Shown here one piece after another: positions 1 to 13,350 of a DNA stretch of 64,000 bases (positions are counted from its first letter, which is position 1; each line of letters begins with the position of its first letter). This stretch comes from Phoronis australis (Eukaryota; Animalia; Phoronida). The stretch covers positions 144,069 through 208,068 of the forward strand of contig NMRA01000506.1 in assembly GCA_002633005.1 (NCBI GenBank), given 5' to 3'. The position numbers and the translations under genes are program-made. Below the pieces are notes generated by a model that saw nothing but the letters and a program-made list of their open reading frames with translations, made no database searches and had not been told where the DNA came from.

Positions 1-43
1 ATCAGCACTCTATATTTTCGTAATTGCAAAGCAGCAAGGCAAC

Positions 44-222
44 AACTGACCTATCACAAGCTCCGCCCCCTTGAGAAATGTCGACAAACAACCAATAAGT
101 TTCACCCAGCAATGTGTTGTTTGTCGGGTAAAATGGCGGCTTGGAAACGAAAGTGTGTCAAGAATGCTGCTTTCTGATTGGTCAGTTAAGCCATCACTTA
201 AAATCCTGGAGATAGGTCAATT
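44..222 (+). mobile_element. ~180 bp MITE, family A (copy 1)
   Basis: Terminal inverted repeats AACTGACCTATC...GATAGGTCAATT. The internal sequence (ctccgccccc, aaaatggcggcttggaaacgaa, tctgattggtcagtt) recurs at 25868 and, inverted, at 28260. Confidence 0.85.
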
Positions 223-1040
223 GCTTTATAGATAATTGTGACTCGCAAAGACAAAGCAAAAGAAGACAATAATTTCAAAAACGAAGAGGTAAGAAAAACA
301 TCTCATGTAATCTCCTAGTGAAGTTAGCAGTGAGGTAGAATGTTGAGACCACTGAGGGAAGCAATTATCCTTGATCAGAGTGAGGTTAATGTCTTAGATC
401 TACAATACCATGCTTCTCCAGCTAAATGTGATGTCATCGATTAGTTTCTAACATAAAATCATCTACAAACAAGGACAAACAGTCTCAAGTAAGTTGTTTT
501 TTCACTGTTTTCAATAAAGTGTCAGATTTTTAGCCACAATATTCAAAGGCAAACAAACTGCATGTCTGCAAGTAAAAGCTGAAATGACTGAAGTATGAGT
601 AAAAGCTTGAGTCAACAAGGCTAGCGACCCCTGGTGGTACTTGACTGAGTTAAATCTCACCAATTCAGGAAACAGTATGGCGGAGGGATGAAATTTTATT
701 TTCTCATTGTTTGATATAAGTGATTCGTAGCCCCAAAATGACGCCTTAATGCCAGATTCAAGTTCAGAGTCATGGCAGACACCATTTTAAAAATATTACG
801 GACGTTCACAACAAATTATTAGAAGCACTTGAAAATTTTTAAGGAAAAAGTGCCATTTTAGCAATTACTTTTATCTAAAATTCAGGTGAGATTTTACCGA
901 GTACTTTAGATGAACGTTCAGATGGAAATTTCGGATACCCATTCATTTATAAAGTGAGCTTGAAAAGAGATACCCATTGTAGGGAGCATCCATGAAGATT
1001 TAAATGAACTTTTCTTAGACTTTTGTTCCAGAGACAATAC

Positions 1041-1084
1041 CTTGAGGAGTTATCTCCCTAAACGTAACCCTTTTACAGGGATTC
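1041..1084 (-). CDS. possible 44-nt coding exon (NPCKRVTFREITPQ) of the minus-strand gene
   Basis: tgtacag| acceptor and CAAG|gtattg donor. The phase-2 start matches the end of exon 17615-17750 and the frame is open. Both splice signals are weak. Confidence 0.2.
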
Positions 1085-2306
1085 CTGTACAGATGATTTT
1101 TTAACACAATAAGCCATAAACAGTACAAGAGATGCCATGTCGTCAGAAATGTGTACACTTTTGAAAAAAGTTTTAAAAATATAGATATTTTAATATTCAA
1201 AAACCTCTCTATCTATAGATTTACGAAGTTGGAAAAGGGAACCTGCGAGGTAGTTTCAAACTCTCACATTGAATCATTTAGTTGGGAATTTCACAAGACG
1301 AATTCATGTAGGACAACTGGTCTTGAAAAAGCCAGCAACGCCGCTTTTATGGGATCACCTCTGAATAGTCGGTGCACAAAATCTCAGAAACAAAGTGCCA
1401 TGTACAATTTTTGCCATTGCTTGCCTATGCCGACACATAAACAAATCTAGTGCTCATCTATTCTCTAAATGTTTCGTCCAAAAATTCAATTACAGTGTGA
1501 CTACACACTTGGAATGAAGATCACCATGCGATTTTAAGCATAAAACAAAGATAATTACAATCACCTTAACTCCATCAGACTAATTTTCTTTCTGTATCAC
1601 GAGTCATTCAGAATGTTTGAACTGAGAAAGTAAAACAACGGGAGGGAGTTTAGGATAAACAGAACTGAACCTAGAGATTTATATGAAAATAATGATTTGC
1701 TAGGTGGATGTGCGTGACAGAATGCTAATCATACTGTGTACCATTATGATCGCTGGTTCCCAGCGTGTAGATAACATTCAGTAGCACACACTTTATCACT
1801 GGCTGATGTAACCTCGGCAGTCATTGGTTAGCTTCATAACAAAGAAAGAAAATGGCAGACTATAAACGATTTTTAGCTTTGTCATGCAAGTGGCGTAACA
1901 GCAATTATTTCGTTTTTGCAGTAATGTTTAATGGACACGTGCTTGAAGCACATACATCATGACGGTGTTCTGTCGTTCAGCAACTTTTCCAGACGTGAGG
2001 GGTTCTGAGCGTGCGATAACATCTGGCTCCTTTGTTAACTGCCCAGCTCAGTCTTTTGTCCCGTGTGACAACAAGCAGGCCAATTATCTCCCAGGCTTCA
2101 TTCAAAGGGTTACTGAAACCTGGCAGAATAGATTGTCTTAACTTCTGTTGTGAGCATCCACTAGCACAAGAAACTGTAGGAACACCCCATTTATCCACCT
2201 TCACTCTTATCAGGCTTCTATTGTGAGTCAGCATGGGTGAATAATTGGCTGATAAGCCACCTCTAGAACTACTTTTGGCTGAATGGATGACCAGGCCATA
2301 AAATGA

Positions 2307-2738
2307 NNNNNNNNNNNNNNNNNNNNNNNNNNNNNNNNNNNNNNNNNNNNNNNNNNNNNNNNNNNNNNNNNNNNNNNNNNNNNNNNNNNNNNNNNNNNNN
2401 NNNNNNNNNNNNNNNNNNNNNNNNNNNNNNNNNNNNNNNNNNNNNNNNNNNNNNNNNNNNNNNNNNNNNNNNNNNNNNNNNNNNNNNNNNNNNNNNNNNN
2501 NNNNNNNNNNNNNNNNNNNNNNNNNNNNNNNNNNNNNNNNNNNNNNNNNNNNNNNNNNNNNNNNNNNNNNNNNNNNNNNNNNNNNNNNNNNNNNNNNNNN
2601 NNNNNNNNNNNNNNNNNNNNNNNNNNNNNNNNNNNNNNNNNNNNNNNNNNNNNNNNNNNNNNNNNNNNNNNNNNNNNNNNNNNNNNNNNNNNNNNNNNNN
2701 NNNNNNNNNNNNNNNNNNNNNNNNNNNNNNNNNNNNNN
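2307..2738. other. assembly gap (N run)
   Basis: Run of N; ORFs spanning it are artefacts. Confidence 0.99.
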
Positions 2739-5535
2739 AACGTGCAAGGTGAGTGCTGGTTAACTCACAGATTTTGTGTGCACAGGCCGACGGTCGTTAG
2801 CTCTACCGTGGAGTATTAATAGTCCAAGGCTCGATCTACATGTTGGGGACGAAGTGAACTACCCGGGCTGTGTAAAATTTCTGGGTCTAACGGAGACACT
2901 GACACAGTGGTCAGCCAGCTCGCTGTATCAAGACTATAGTCAAAATCCAAATTCGTTTTATCGTGTCCCTGTCAATAATAATGGCATGCTAAAGTTTCTT
3001 AATTTTCGTACTTCAGGAACATAACAATCACGTGTTTTGTACACATACGCGCACGCCGCAGATCACATCTCGGAAATTGCCGATTTGACGGATGACAATG
3101 AATGAGCACAATGAAATTAAACGTCGTTTTACAGCTTGTAAGATTCATAATAAACGTATTTTGAATATTGCAATGCATGTATTCCAAAATCTAAATAACT
3201 TGGGTCCTATATTTTTGTATTCGTGCGCGCCGATTGAAAGTAATCGTGAGTGTTGCTGTGTTGCAAAATCTCTTATCCTGGGCCGATTTGAAAAATTCAA
3301 AGTTGTACTCATATTTGTTTTCTCTCCTCCTTTCAAATATTACAGTAAAAACTACTTGTAACTCTCTCCATAAAAAGTAAAGTCTGCTAGGTAGATTGTA
3401 ATCAGCTGATCATATCCGCATGAGCGAAGCCAATTATCCTCGCTCGTGACTCAATGAATAGAGCAGCTTGGCAGCATCCCTTTGATTGTGAGCCAAGCGC
3501 GACTCAGCCAAGGTGGATAAATACGGTCTAGTTCAATTTTCCATACCCCACCGTTTACCTTGACGAGCAGGGTTAGGACCAATCTTATTTAGTGGGACTG
3601 TTCATAGCATGGAGATTCAAAAACTAAACATGATCAGCATTTGACGAGGAATTTAGAAATGCTATTGGTTTATGTTCAAATATGTTATAACTTAACTTTC
3701 ATTTTTAGCAGCACAGCCCAGTCAGGCTAGATACCATCTGATCGGAGATTAGAGCAATTATCGAACAAAAGAGAGCCTGGCCCTCTAGCCATAATTGCCA
3801 GAATAGACTTAATCAGTTGTGTAAGATATTGGCTACAGTGGTGATCTTCCAAACTTGTTGTTGGGCAATAGAATGGAACAAGTTGGGAGCAATAAACACA
3901 CATCTGGCTGATTTAACTGGTGCCTTATTCATACTGTGTGACTACAGGACAGCATCGTAAACAAAAGACAGTGACGGTAGAAAAATGCACCTGAAAAGGT
4001 GCAACATCAATTTTCTGGGATTCAATCTCTTGAACATGAATTAAGCACCACTTTGTCAGAGTACAACAGACCACATTTACACTTTCTCCATCAATCACAA
4101 ACGCTGGTGTAAAAAAATTTCCCTTGATTAGTCAATTGCAAAGTGAGAAAACAGGATCAAAATTTTGTCTGTCATTTTTAATAACACTGACCCCTGAAAG
4201 AATTTTCCTATTGCCCTTTAATGTATGCATGAACATCCATTCTTAACTAGTAGTTCAATATTTATTTAGTGGCTTAATACGTCACCATGGGCCATGGTTC
4301 AGTCATTCATAAGCAAATATCGATTTTCTTGCCGATTTCCAATGACGAGAATAAGAAAAGGATTCCCAATACTATTGAAGACCATTCATCATTTATCAGC
4401 CCTTGACTGATTTTTCAAAATCACCACAAATACTGAATGATATGAGACATGACTGAAACAAAGACTTGCGGCTGCAGGGACTTCACACCAGATACATGTG
4501 TGCAGTCCATGGTTAATTAATAATAGCAATTAAATGATGAATTCCGATGCAATCAATGGTATGACAATGTCACCCACAATACAGACAGACCATTGACGTA
4601 GTTAACACTAATTACGGTCGTAGATCCCCTTGTCCTCATTATTTCAAATACTGTATGGTGGGACACCTGAGCATTTTATCATTTCATCAATGATGGTGAA
4701 ATTCAATTGATTTATATACTGGGTTGCCTAATTAGTTCATGGTAACACGACTATTTTATAGATTTCTAACAGGCTTTGAGAGGAATCAAAATCTCATGTC
4801 TCAAAAATGTCTTTCTTGTCAAGGTTTGAAAGTCTCATCTATCTAGCTATCTGAGTTATAGGAAAAACCAAAATAACCATGACATTAAAATTCATTGTTG
4901 TTACTCAGGAGGGCAAATCAGAAATTTGAATGACACTCTTCCTACTTTACTTAAAACATCCCAATAAGCAAACCAGTTAAGTTAAAACTTATTCCCAAAA
5001 AACTCCCTTCATCAATTGGCATTGAAAATTAACATTAACATAATATAATATATAATATAGTATAATGCAGCTTAATATAAAGTAATATAGAAAAATGTGT
5101 AAGTTTATGGTAGACTCAGTATTCTAAATTCTGGTGAAAGGACCTAAGAAAGACAAAGAACACAGCTTGTAATAACATAACACGGCCAAAGCATAGTTCC
5201 AGTCATCATTTAAATTAACAATTTGAACTTTAAGTTTATGAACCAAATGTGCTAACTAAATGATTGAAATCCAAAGCGTTGTTTCTTTCCAATAGTAGTT
5301 TGTATTCAGCAGTCAAGTTCCCACACGCAAATGCGTATGTCTCGTGTACTAAATGTGCACTTAACACATATGACGTACAAATGTAAACAAAAAGAACAAT
5401 TCTTTGTAAAATCATTTATAAAATCAATTAATCAATAAGTGTCATATGAGGTTTTGTTCTGCGTATTCACCACACAGAGAATTTAACTTATGTAAAATTT
5501 CACCAACTCGGCACATTATATAGAAAAATGTTCCA

Positions 5536-6060
5536 TTACAGTTATGCCGGACCCTAGAAAAATGTCAAATTTTCGCCAACTTCAAAATATCACATCTCAG
5601 AAATGGCCAATAGGATTCACATGAAACTTTCAGATACCACGCTTTATGCACTGGTCTCCAAAATGCTGCTAGGTATTGCTTTTAAGAGGTTCCACTTTTC
5701 CATGAGTGGTTATCAAAAATAGGACTTTAGGTATTTATGAAAAAAATTAAAGTTGCAAGAAACTGAAATGAGATGACAATTTAGAAGACTGTAACAGGAT
5801 TTTTGAGATTTTATCTCAAACATTTATATCATACAAAATTTGGTATTGATGTTATTAATCTGGTTGTTTTGTTATGAATGTACCTTTCTTTTTTGTTAAA
5901 TTTTCCAAAAATTCATGGTTACGTGACCAAAGGCAGAACAGTATAAAGTCAAAAATCAAATTCTTTATGGACTTTCTTCTTCTAGAAAACAGATACTTTC
6001 GCTGATTTAAATTCTTAAAGTTGTAGATATTTGACTAAATGCACATTCATGTTGATAAGG
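5536..6060 (+). mobile_element. non-autonomous TTAA-flanked DNA element, family B (copy 1; right end approximate)
   Basis: Shares ctagaaaaatgtc...atctcagaaa...gaaactttcagatacc...tttatgcactg with 38458-38640 and 9140-9566; inverted copies at 7008-7649 and 46650-47154. Confidence 0.7.
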
Positions 6061-7007
6061 GCCCAGGAAGGCTCTAAAAGTTGGCTGGGCCTAAAGGAAC
6101 GACGCACTGCCAGTCCTTGCAAACCCAGAAATCGCATCTTATGCGCCCAGTAAAGAACAAGTTGACACCAATTTTACAGCAGTGAGTTGTCTAAACCAAG
6201 ATTTGTGAAAAAATCCAAAATCGTTATTGTGACAAGACAAAACGGGACTTGGGGAACATTGTAATATCAAAGTTTTGTAGGTTAATTAAAGAAAAATATT
6301 AAAAATGCAATCAATTTAGGAATAAATACAAAGGAAAGGTGAAATATTTTGGTATTTCCTTCATGAAAAAGAAAACTAGCATCAAATTCAATGCTTTACT
6401 ACTTTAACGTTGCCATAAGGATCGTGGTGCATTACTTTGAGTCCAAACACGACATGAATTCTACACCGTACTAACAAAGATCAAAAATTCAACTTTCAAT
6501 GCTGTAAGAGCAAAGAAGCAACTTGGGTTGATTGATCCTAAACTTTTGTTTGACAAGTTTGGTTGAGTTGACGAATGCATACGTATATTTCAAGAGAGGC
6601 GACTCATTAAAAAGGACATCTTACAACACCATGCTAATTCGACATCATGAAGGCCGCTAAGTACTTTATAAAATATATTTTAAAATTTTCCTGCTTTAAA
6701 TTCTTCGTCCATAGCCATTTTATGTGAGCTGAACATGGCACTGAACATTTGTCCAACAACTTTAATTCCGTGTCTCACAACGCAGCTAACTCATTTCCAT
6801 GAGTAGTCGCTGAATGGGAAGATTGGAGCACTAGAGATTATAACTTTTATCAAACAAGAACTTTTGGTTCTTATTTCATGCAACTTTTGAGATCAAGCTT
6901 GACATATTCACAGGAGTTATTTAGTGCATATTTCCTACAGTGACCATAGCATTGTCTCATTGGCAATTTTTGAGGCATAAAGTTCGTCACATTGATGCAT
7001 TTTTACA

Positions 7008-7649
7008 TAAAGGTTATGTGGGACCTAATATCAACAAATGTAAGTATTTAGACACAAACTTCTGATATTTAAAAAATATACATTTTTATTCAGTAAAAGT
7101 GTATATTTCTGAAAGTTAAAAGACAGAATTATATTTTTTGGCTTTATAGCAATCTGACATTAAATGGGTCACGTGACCATATCTTTTAGTAAAATTTAGC
7201 ACAAAAACAGGTTCATTCATAGCAAAATAATGATATCAATGACATGATCAAATTTTTTTTAGATAAATTCAAGATCAAAGCTCAAAAAAGCTGACAAGTT
7301 TCATAACTTATTATTTTGTTTTCATTCTATGCAACTTTAGTTTTTCATAGAAATTATAAAGTCCTATTTTTGTTAACGCCTCATGCAAAAATGTAACATT
7401 TTAAAACAAATCCTAACAGTAGTTTGGAGAACATTCTTTATCAAAAATAATAAATCCTGTTTTTGATAGCCCCTTGTGCAAACCTAACGTAGTTTAAAAA
7501 CAATTGCTAACAGAATTTTGGAAATAATGCATAAAGATTACTATCAGAGAGTTTCATACATGAATACAAACAGCCATTTCTTAGAGATATAACAAAGTTC
7601 TGAAGTAAGCCACAACTGAACATATTCCAAAGTTCCTAAATACTCTTAA
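7008..7649 (-). mobile_element. family B element (copy 2, inverted)
   Basis: Ends taaaggttatg...tactcttaa. Internal tatgcaactt, aagtcctattttt and gtcacgtgaccatatctttt are shared with 46650-47154. Confidence 0.7.
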
Positions 7650-7702
7650 ACAAAACTGTAGCTCATGGTCATGACAGCGGGTTTAATTTCCTAAACAGAA
7701 AA

Positions 7703-7809
7703 TACCGTACTCGTCCGCGTTACCGCCCAGAGCGCTCAAATGGGGAATCTAAGAAAACAGGGGGTGGGCAATAAGACAAGCATGGGCCGCAACCCGGACA
7801 AGTACGATA
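7703..7809. mobile_element. ~105 bp Tc1/mariner(pogo)-type MITE
   Basis: TA-flanked imperfect TIRs ta|ccgtactcgtccgcgtt ... aacccggacaagtacga|ta. Confidence 0.7.
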
Positions 7810-8953
7810 TTTCTTTTCATTAAACGTCCCTCCCAGTGCAATGCAAGATTGAAATAGCAGTGCAACTTTCCTTTGTACGTCACTCAGAAACAATACACGC
7901 TCCCAACTTGACAATGGCCAATTAAGAACATTGATTACACATGTCACAATTGTACGGTTGGTGAGTTTTAATATTAAGTTGTTGTTCACAGGCACTTTAA
8001 GAATTAGAATGGCTACTATCGATATCCATAAATGTGTATTAATGTGTGTATTTGACCAATTTGAAAACCATACAAGAAAAACCTTGTACCAATTTTGCAC
8101 AAAAATGCTAGCCCAAATTGTCTATTTATTTGTCTAGAGTGCCTAACATTGTTGGGAATGCTCATAACATTTCAAAGTATTGTACAGAACTAGAAAACAG
8201 TAAACCATTGGTTTAATGGTACTCAGTGAAAATGTAAGAAACTGACATTTCACTTGTCTGCCACAATACATCTTGACATTTTACCCTATGTCATAAAGCA
8301 ACACTTAATTTTCTCTTAACATGAAACTAATATCAACTGGCCTGAAATGCATGGAATGACCAAAATCCATTATTTGCATGAAGTTCTGTATCAGTCCATG
8401 ATTATTTTACTCAACATCAATGCACATCTCCTCGACTAGCTTCAGATAAAACCAATAGAGGTCTCTGTAGGTATACCTTCAAGTTACTCAGCTGTCACAA
8501 ATACGGGTCTTAAGAGACAGCTCTATAAACCTCCATTTCCTTTGTTTCAAACATGCTCCAGTCTTAATCTTGATATTTTGTGCAATTTGTATGGAAATAT
8601 TTGCAAATCTCATACTGTAACAGCTAGTGTGGTTATCTTGTCAACAAATTTGTTTCAAACAAATTCATACTGTGTTCATCTGGGTTTTGTTAATTCAAGT
8701 ACTCATGACAGTTCTAAGTTTCTTGCTTGAACTTTTAAACTATACTAAAATGAATACAAAATTTACAGTCAGAAAAAATACAACACTTTGATACCAATTC
8801 TAAATAACGCACACAATTATTTTCATAATAGGAGGACTAGGGAGACTCAAATGGTTGAAGTGGAGTTTCGCCCTGTTTAGGTGGCTCCAAAACAAAAATC
8901 AAATTAGGCCTTTTACTCTTATATAATGACTTGATAATATTCCATGCTGTAAT

Positions 8954-9133
8954 AGGATTCTGTTTCCGTTATCAATTCAAGTCACAGGCAATGCATTCAT
9001 GCAACATTTTTGAGTTCACAATTTTAGGGTATTGGCCTGAATCCCAATAAAGTCTGAAATGTTTGCGAATTTGAAAATGTCGCACATACATGCATTGCCT
9101 GTGACTTTGAATTAGTAACAGAAATGGAATTCT
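8954..9133. repeat. imperfect inverted repeat (MITE-like hairpin)
   Basis: ttcaagtcacaggcaatgcat pairs with atgcattgcctgtgactttgaa; flanking ttctgtt/aacagaa extends the arms. Confidence 0.75.
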
Positions 9134-9139
9134 CTCAGG

Positions 9140-9566
9140 TTAAGGTTAAGTGGGACCAAGAAAAAACGCCCAAATTTGGCTAACTTTAGAACGTCCTATC
9201 GAAGTAATTTCCAAAGGACTTCAAATGGAACTTTCTGATACTATGTTTCATGCGGTTCCCTACAACACTGTTAGGAATTCTTTTTAAAATATTCCATGTT
9301 TGTATGAGGGGCTATCGTGAAATAAATTGTTTTAATTTTCAATGAAAAAGGAAGTTGCATAAAAGGAAAATGAATTGATATTTCAGAAAACTAACATTGT
9401 TTTTGCTATCAATGTACCTTTCTTTTTTGCTGACTAAAAACACAATCATGTCAGGTGTCTTTATTAATGGAAGAGTGGCTTTCAGCTTTCAAAAAATGTA
9501 TACTTTTACCAAGTTAAATTTTTGGCTAAATGCGTACACTAGTGGGTATATCCTGCATAACTTTAA
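9140..9566 (+). mobile_element. family B element (copy 3)
   Basis: Termini ttaaggttaag...gcataactttaa; internal homology to 5536-6060. Confidence 0.7.
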
Positions 9567-10308
9567 GGAAGTTTTTGGCAGGTTTCTGCCATTACATAGG
9601 TGAGCTTGGAATTCAGGGAGGGGGGCTTAATCAAACATCGGCACTTTAAACGAAATTTCAAGAAAGAGGACAATTACCAAAACATGGGTGCTTAAACTGA
9701 GTCAGAGGGGTAAACCGACTAAGGCATTTGATTGGTCCGTAAGCTGGAAGTCGTCATTGAGAACCAATCAGATGTCTTTGCAAGCTGACCAGCAGAACCG
9801 GTCAATGAATTAAGTGCAATTAATATCTGGTGCTGCATGACATAACAAGCCTAAAGATACATTGACTTGATAATTTGCATAATCATGCCGTTTGAGTTTG
9901 CTCCTGCGAGAGAACGCCAATTCTTTATAAAAAATGAATTACTTATAGCCTAGAATGAGAATCTGCGACTCCTGAGTAATCAGTCAACATCAGCAATGTG
10001 GCCATTTTTAATGAACTGAAAACGACACAAACAGACGATGATTCCCACAGTTATCACAGTACCTAAACTGCAACTCAAAATCAACCCATTTTCTGAACCT
10101 GAAAGGGTCTTTTCACCATTTTGAAAATGCAAATCCATTAGGCAAAATGCTGGAGAGCACTAAGCCAACCATTCGGCATATCATTGAAAATGTCCAAAGG
10201 CAGGTCAGAGCACTTCCGTGAGCATGTACCTGTAGACTGAATGTGTAGGAGAGCCAAATAAATGAAATCAAATCATAACGAGAATTTGCGAACCATTTCA
10301 GCACTCAC

Positions 10309-10367
10309 CAGGACATTCATGGCAGCTCAGCTTTTAGCCTGGTTTCAGACAAACTCAATAGAGGGCT
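10309..10367 (-). other. possible small exon carrying a start codon (MNVL, phase 0)
   Basis: T/G-rich tract then ttctcacag| acceptor, gctgccATG AAT GTC CTG, and a strong CTG|gtgagt donor. Confidence 0.3.
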
Positions 10368-12035
10368 CTGTGAGAACCATACAACAACAACAACAACAAA
10401 AAACAACAACAACATTCTTTCTATTTTAAATTTCCTTAGACTACAATATTGTTTATGTTCACTCTACGATAACGGCTCATTGCAACTTTGTCAAACTCTG
10501 AAAATAACTTTACCAAAACAAATCATTCGCAATTAATGTGAGATAACAAATTACAACCCGAGTAACTATAGTAATAATATCAATCGTACATCACGTTGAC
10601 TAATTTAAGTGAGTTCATAATCAGGTCAACTTTCAATAGATGTCTCTAGAGGTAAGAGTTTACAACATGAGCAAAGAACAGTAATAACGGTAACCATAGC
10701 AATAGAGTCACAATAACAAACCTTGTACAAAAATCTTTTGACATTCAGTACTTTGCAAGTCTTTATCTAAATGTAATTCCACTTGATAACAAAGTTATGG
10801 TTTGGCCATAAAAACAACAAAAAGTCAAATGTAACATATGTGATGGATATACATTAGGAGTCAACATGTTTTTTATAGTAATGCCATGTAATCTTCAAGT
10901 GCATTTCAAAGACATCCTACAACATACAATAAACAAAAATCTTAACTCCACATTTCTGAGCTCTATCAAGCCTGAAAGCATCACAAATATCTCTGGTTCA
11001 GTATCACCTTGAGAAGACAGTGATTTCCAAATCCAGGCTTCATTTTAGTCTTTTGTTACCGCATGTAATCTTACAGGTTTTTTGTCTGACAACTCAAAAG
11101 CTAACTTCTACAACGCTTCAAAACAGCCTTTCCCACTAACATTGACGCTTTAGTGTTTAGGGCCAGCATCGGTCAATGGGAAATTTAATTTCAGTCTTCC
11201 TTCGAAGTTAGTAACAGCTCAAGTTTACATCGCAATATAAACAAGTGGATTTAACAGCAAAGTGTCAAGGCAAAGCCACAGTGCGAAACTCAGCTGCTCA
11301 ACTTCGGTGCCTGTAGGGGACTTACTGCTGTAACAATGGTGAAGGTCATATTATGTTATAAGTTCGATGATGCTAACGTCACCTGGCGATAAATAACTCC
11401 GATGTCTGTTTACTACCAAAGGTGGGATCATTAAGCTTACTTCACAGTTAATGTCGACGCTTTGCTAGTAAGAGATTTAACTTGATAAGGAAAATACCTA
11501 AAGGGTTTGCGAAACCCAAATACATTAAGGCAAACATATGCCAGCCAACCACTAGGTGGGGCTGTAGCTGGCATTGATAGGACGCAAGACACCACTGAGA
11601 GAAGCCAAACAATATGTTGTCAATTCTGCGGCATTTCATAAGTGCGCAAGTCAAACCCATGAAATTGTAAAATAAGATATAAACTCGCAATTCAACGCAG
11701 AAGTAATTGTTGTCAGATTTCAATTTCTTAACTTACGCCACTTATTGGAATCAGTTTTATGTAGCATAACAGTCATTCGAAAGATACTTAATTTGCAACT
11801 AGATTTTTTAGTACAATAAATGAGCCCATAGTACGGTATTATATGACAACATATTTTTGTGCAATTCTCGTTGATTCAAAACATCTCTTTATTCAACAGA
11901 ATGAGTCATCACTATGAAAACAGGAAAAAAATGAGTTGGGAATCCGTTGGAAACCTCACCACTAAATTATTGTTTAAGAGCACTTTCGTAGACGATTGAT
12001 CACATTTGATTTAGGCCAGAACGGAAGCATGATTG

Positions 12036-12251
12036 AACTTTAAAATTAGCGCGGAATTAAACAACGACATATCTGTCCAACGTTTCAGTTTATTACTCTC
12101 AATGCATTTTGACGTGTACCTGTACAGTCTCTTCTCTACCTGTGTCACCTGTTTTGAGTCTGTGAACTGTTTCCTTGAGAATGGTTTAGAGTAATAAACT
12201 GAAACATTGGATAGATATGTTATTATTTACTTACGCGCTAATTTTAAAGTT
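12036..12251. mobile_element. MITE with ~60 bp terminal inverted repeats
   Basis: aactttaaaattagcgcg...gtttcagtttattactct pairs with agagtaataaactgaaac...cgcgctaattttaaagtt. Confidence 0.85.
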
Positions 12252-13183
12252 TGTGCTTAAGAGCAGTCAAAAGTAAACGCGACAAAAAGCTGTTGAACTC
12301 TGTAGAAGGTTAGACAGAAGCAACACATGTAACATTTAATTCATGACAGTGTCAATATATATCAAGGGGAGATAATACACATCAAGGGGAGACAACTACT
12401 TACTACAGACTATTACAGTCAAGTCATCTAAATATAGTTTTGGCACATTTTGCATTATGTTAAATTAAAAACATTATGGATTGTTGTAAATTCTTTCCTG
12501 AAATAAAGACTTACCTTTATGGAATTTTTCTGTTACTATACCTTGTCTCTGCAAGCCATAATTATGTTCTGACTGATCTTTCGTAAAAACACAATTTGTA
12601 AACCATCGGAGAACCTTAATATCGGAAACTATGTTTTCGCATACGCCACACCATGGAAAACTGACTAACCATGCTATAGCCATGGGTACCTTGTCGTCAA
12701 ATTACAGCTCGTGTTTTGATATATTTGCTACTAGAACACAGCTCTGTTCGCAACAAACTTATCCATAAAATGTAATCTGATGACAGCACAAAGTTGTTTC
12801 GATGAATCGGTGCAGAAACATGTGCAATCTCGCTACAGTTTGTATCTCTTTCCCTTCCTGATATGACATACGCACATGCGTGGCTGGGGTTTGACTAGAG
12901 TTAAAAACAAAATGAAAAAATGAAACAGTGGTGGATTGTCAGTTCCTTAAAACAATTTCATCGTGGAAAAAGATTTTGTTTTTAACTTTTATTACTGATT
13001 TATGTGATCCTACATTTTAAGCTGACTTGGGGGTCCAAACTGCATCCTCTCTCAGTGAAAACAAAATGAGGCAACGCTGTAAAAATGAGACAACAGTGCC
13101 GGGAATTGAATGCATTACAGCAGAACAAAAATTGATGTCATTCATTTCTCAGATTATGCTTCATGAAGGATTTAATAAAAATG

Positions 13184-13350
13184 TCAGATATTTAGGTCCG
13201 TCGGTTATTTAGGTGCGTCGGATGTTTAAGTCCATCTGAAATTTAAGTCTGTCAGATATTTAGTTCCGTCACATATTTAGGTCTGTTCGACATTTAGGTC
13301 TGTCTGATATTTAGACCCATCCAATATTTAGGTCCGTCTGATATTTAGGT
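13184..13350 (+). repeat. 17-bp minisatellite, about 10 diverged copies
   Basis: Consensus TCAGATATTTAGGTCCG repeated head-to-tail with no spacers. Confidence 0.9.

Noticed and set aside
1977-2752. Long ORFs of 256 aa and 149 aa
   Set aside because: They are open only because they cross the N gap, and the real flanking peptide has no motif I recognise.
13184-13350. CRISPR-like regular repeat
   Set aside because: The units are contiguous with no unique spacers, no cas genes are present, and the context is eukaryotic.
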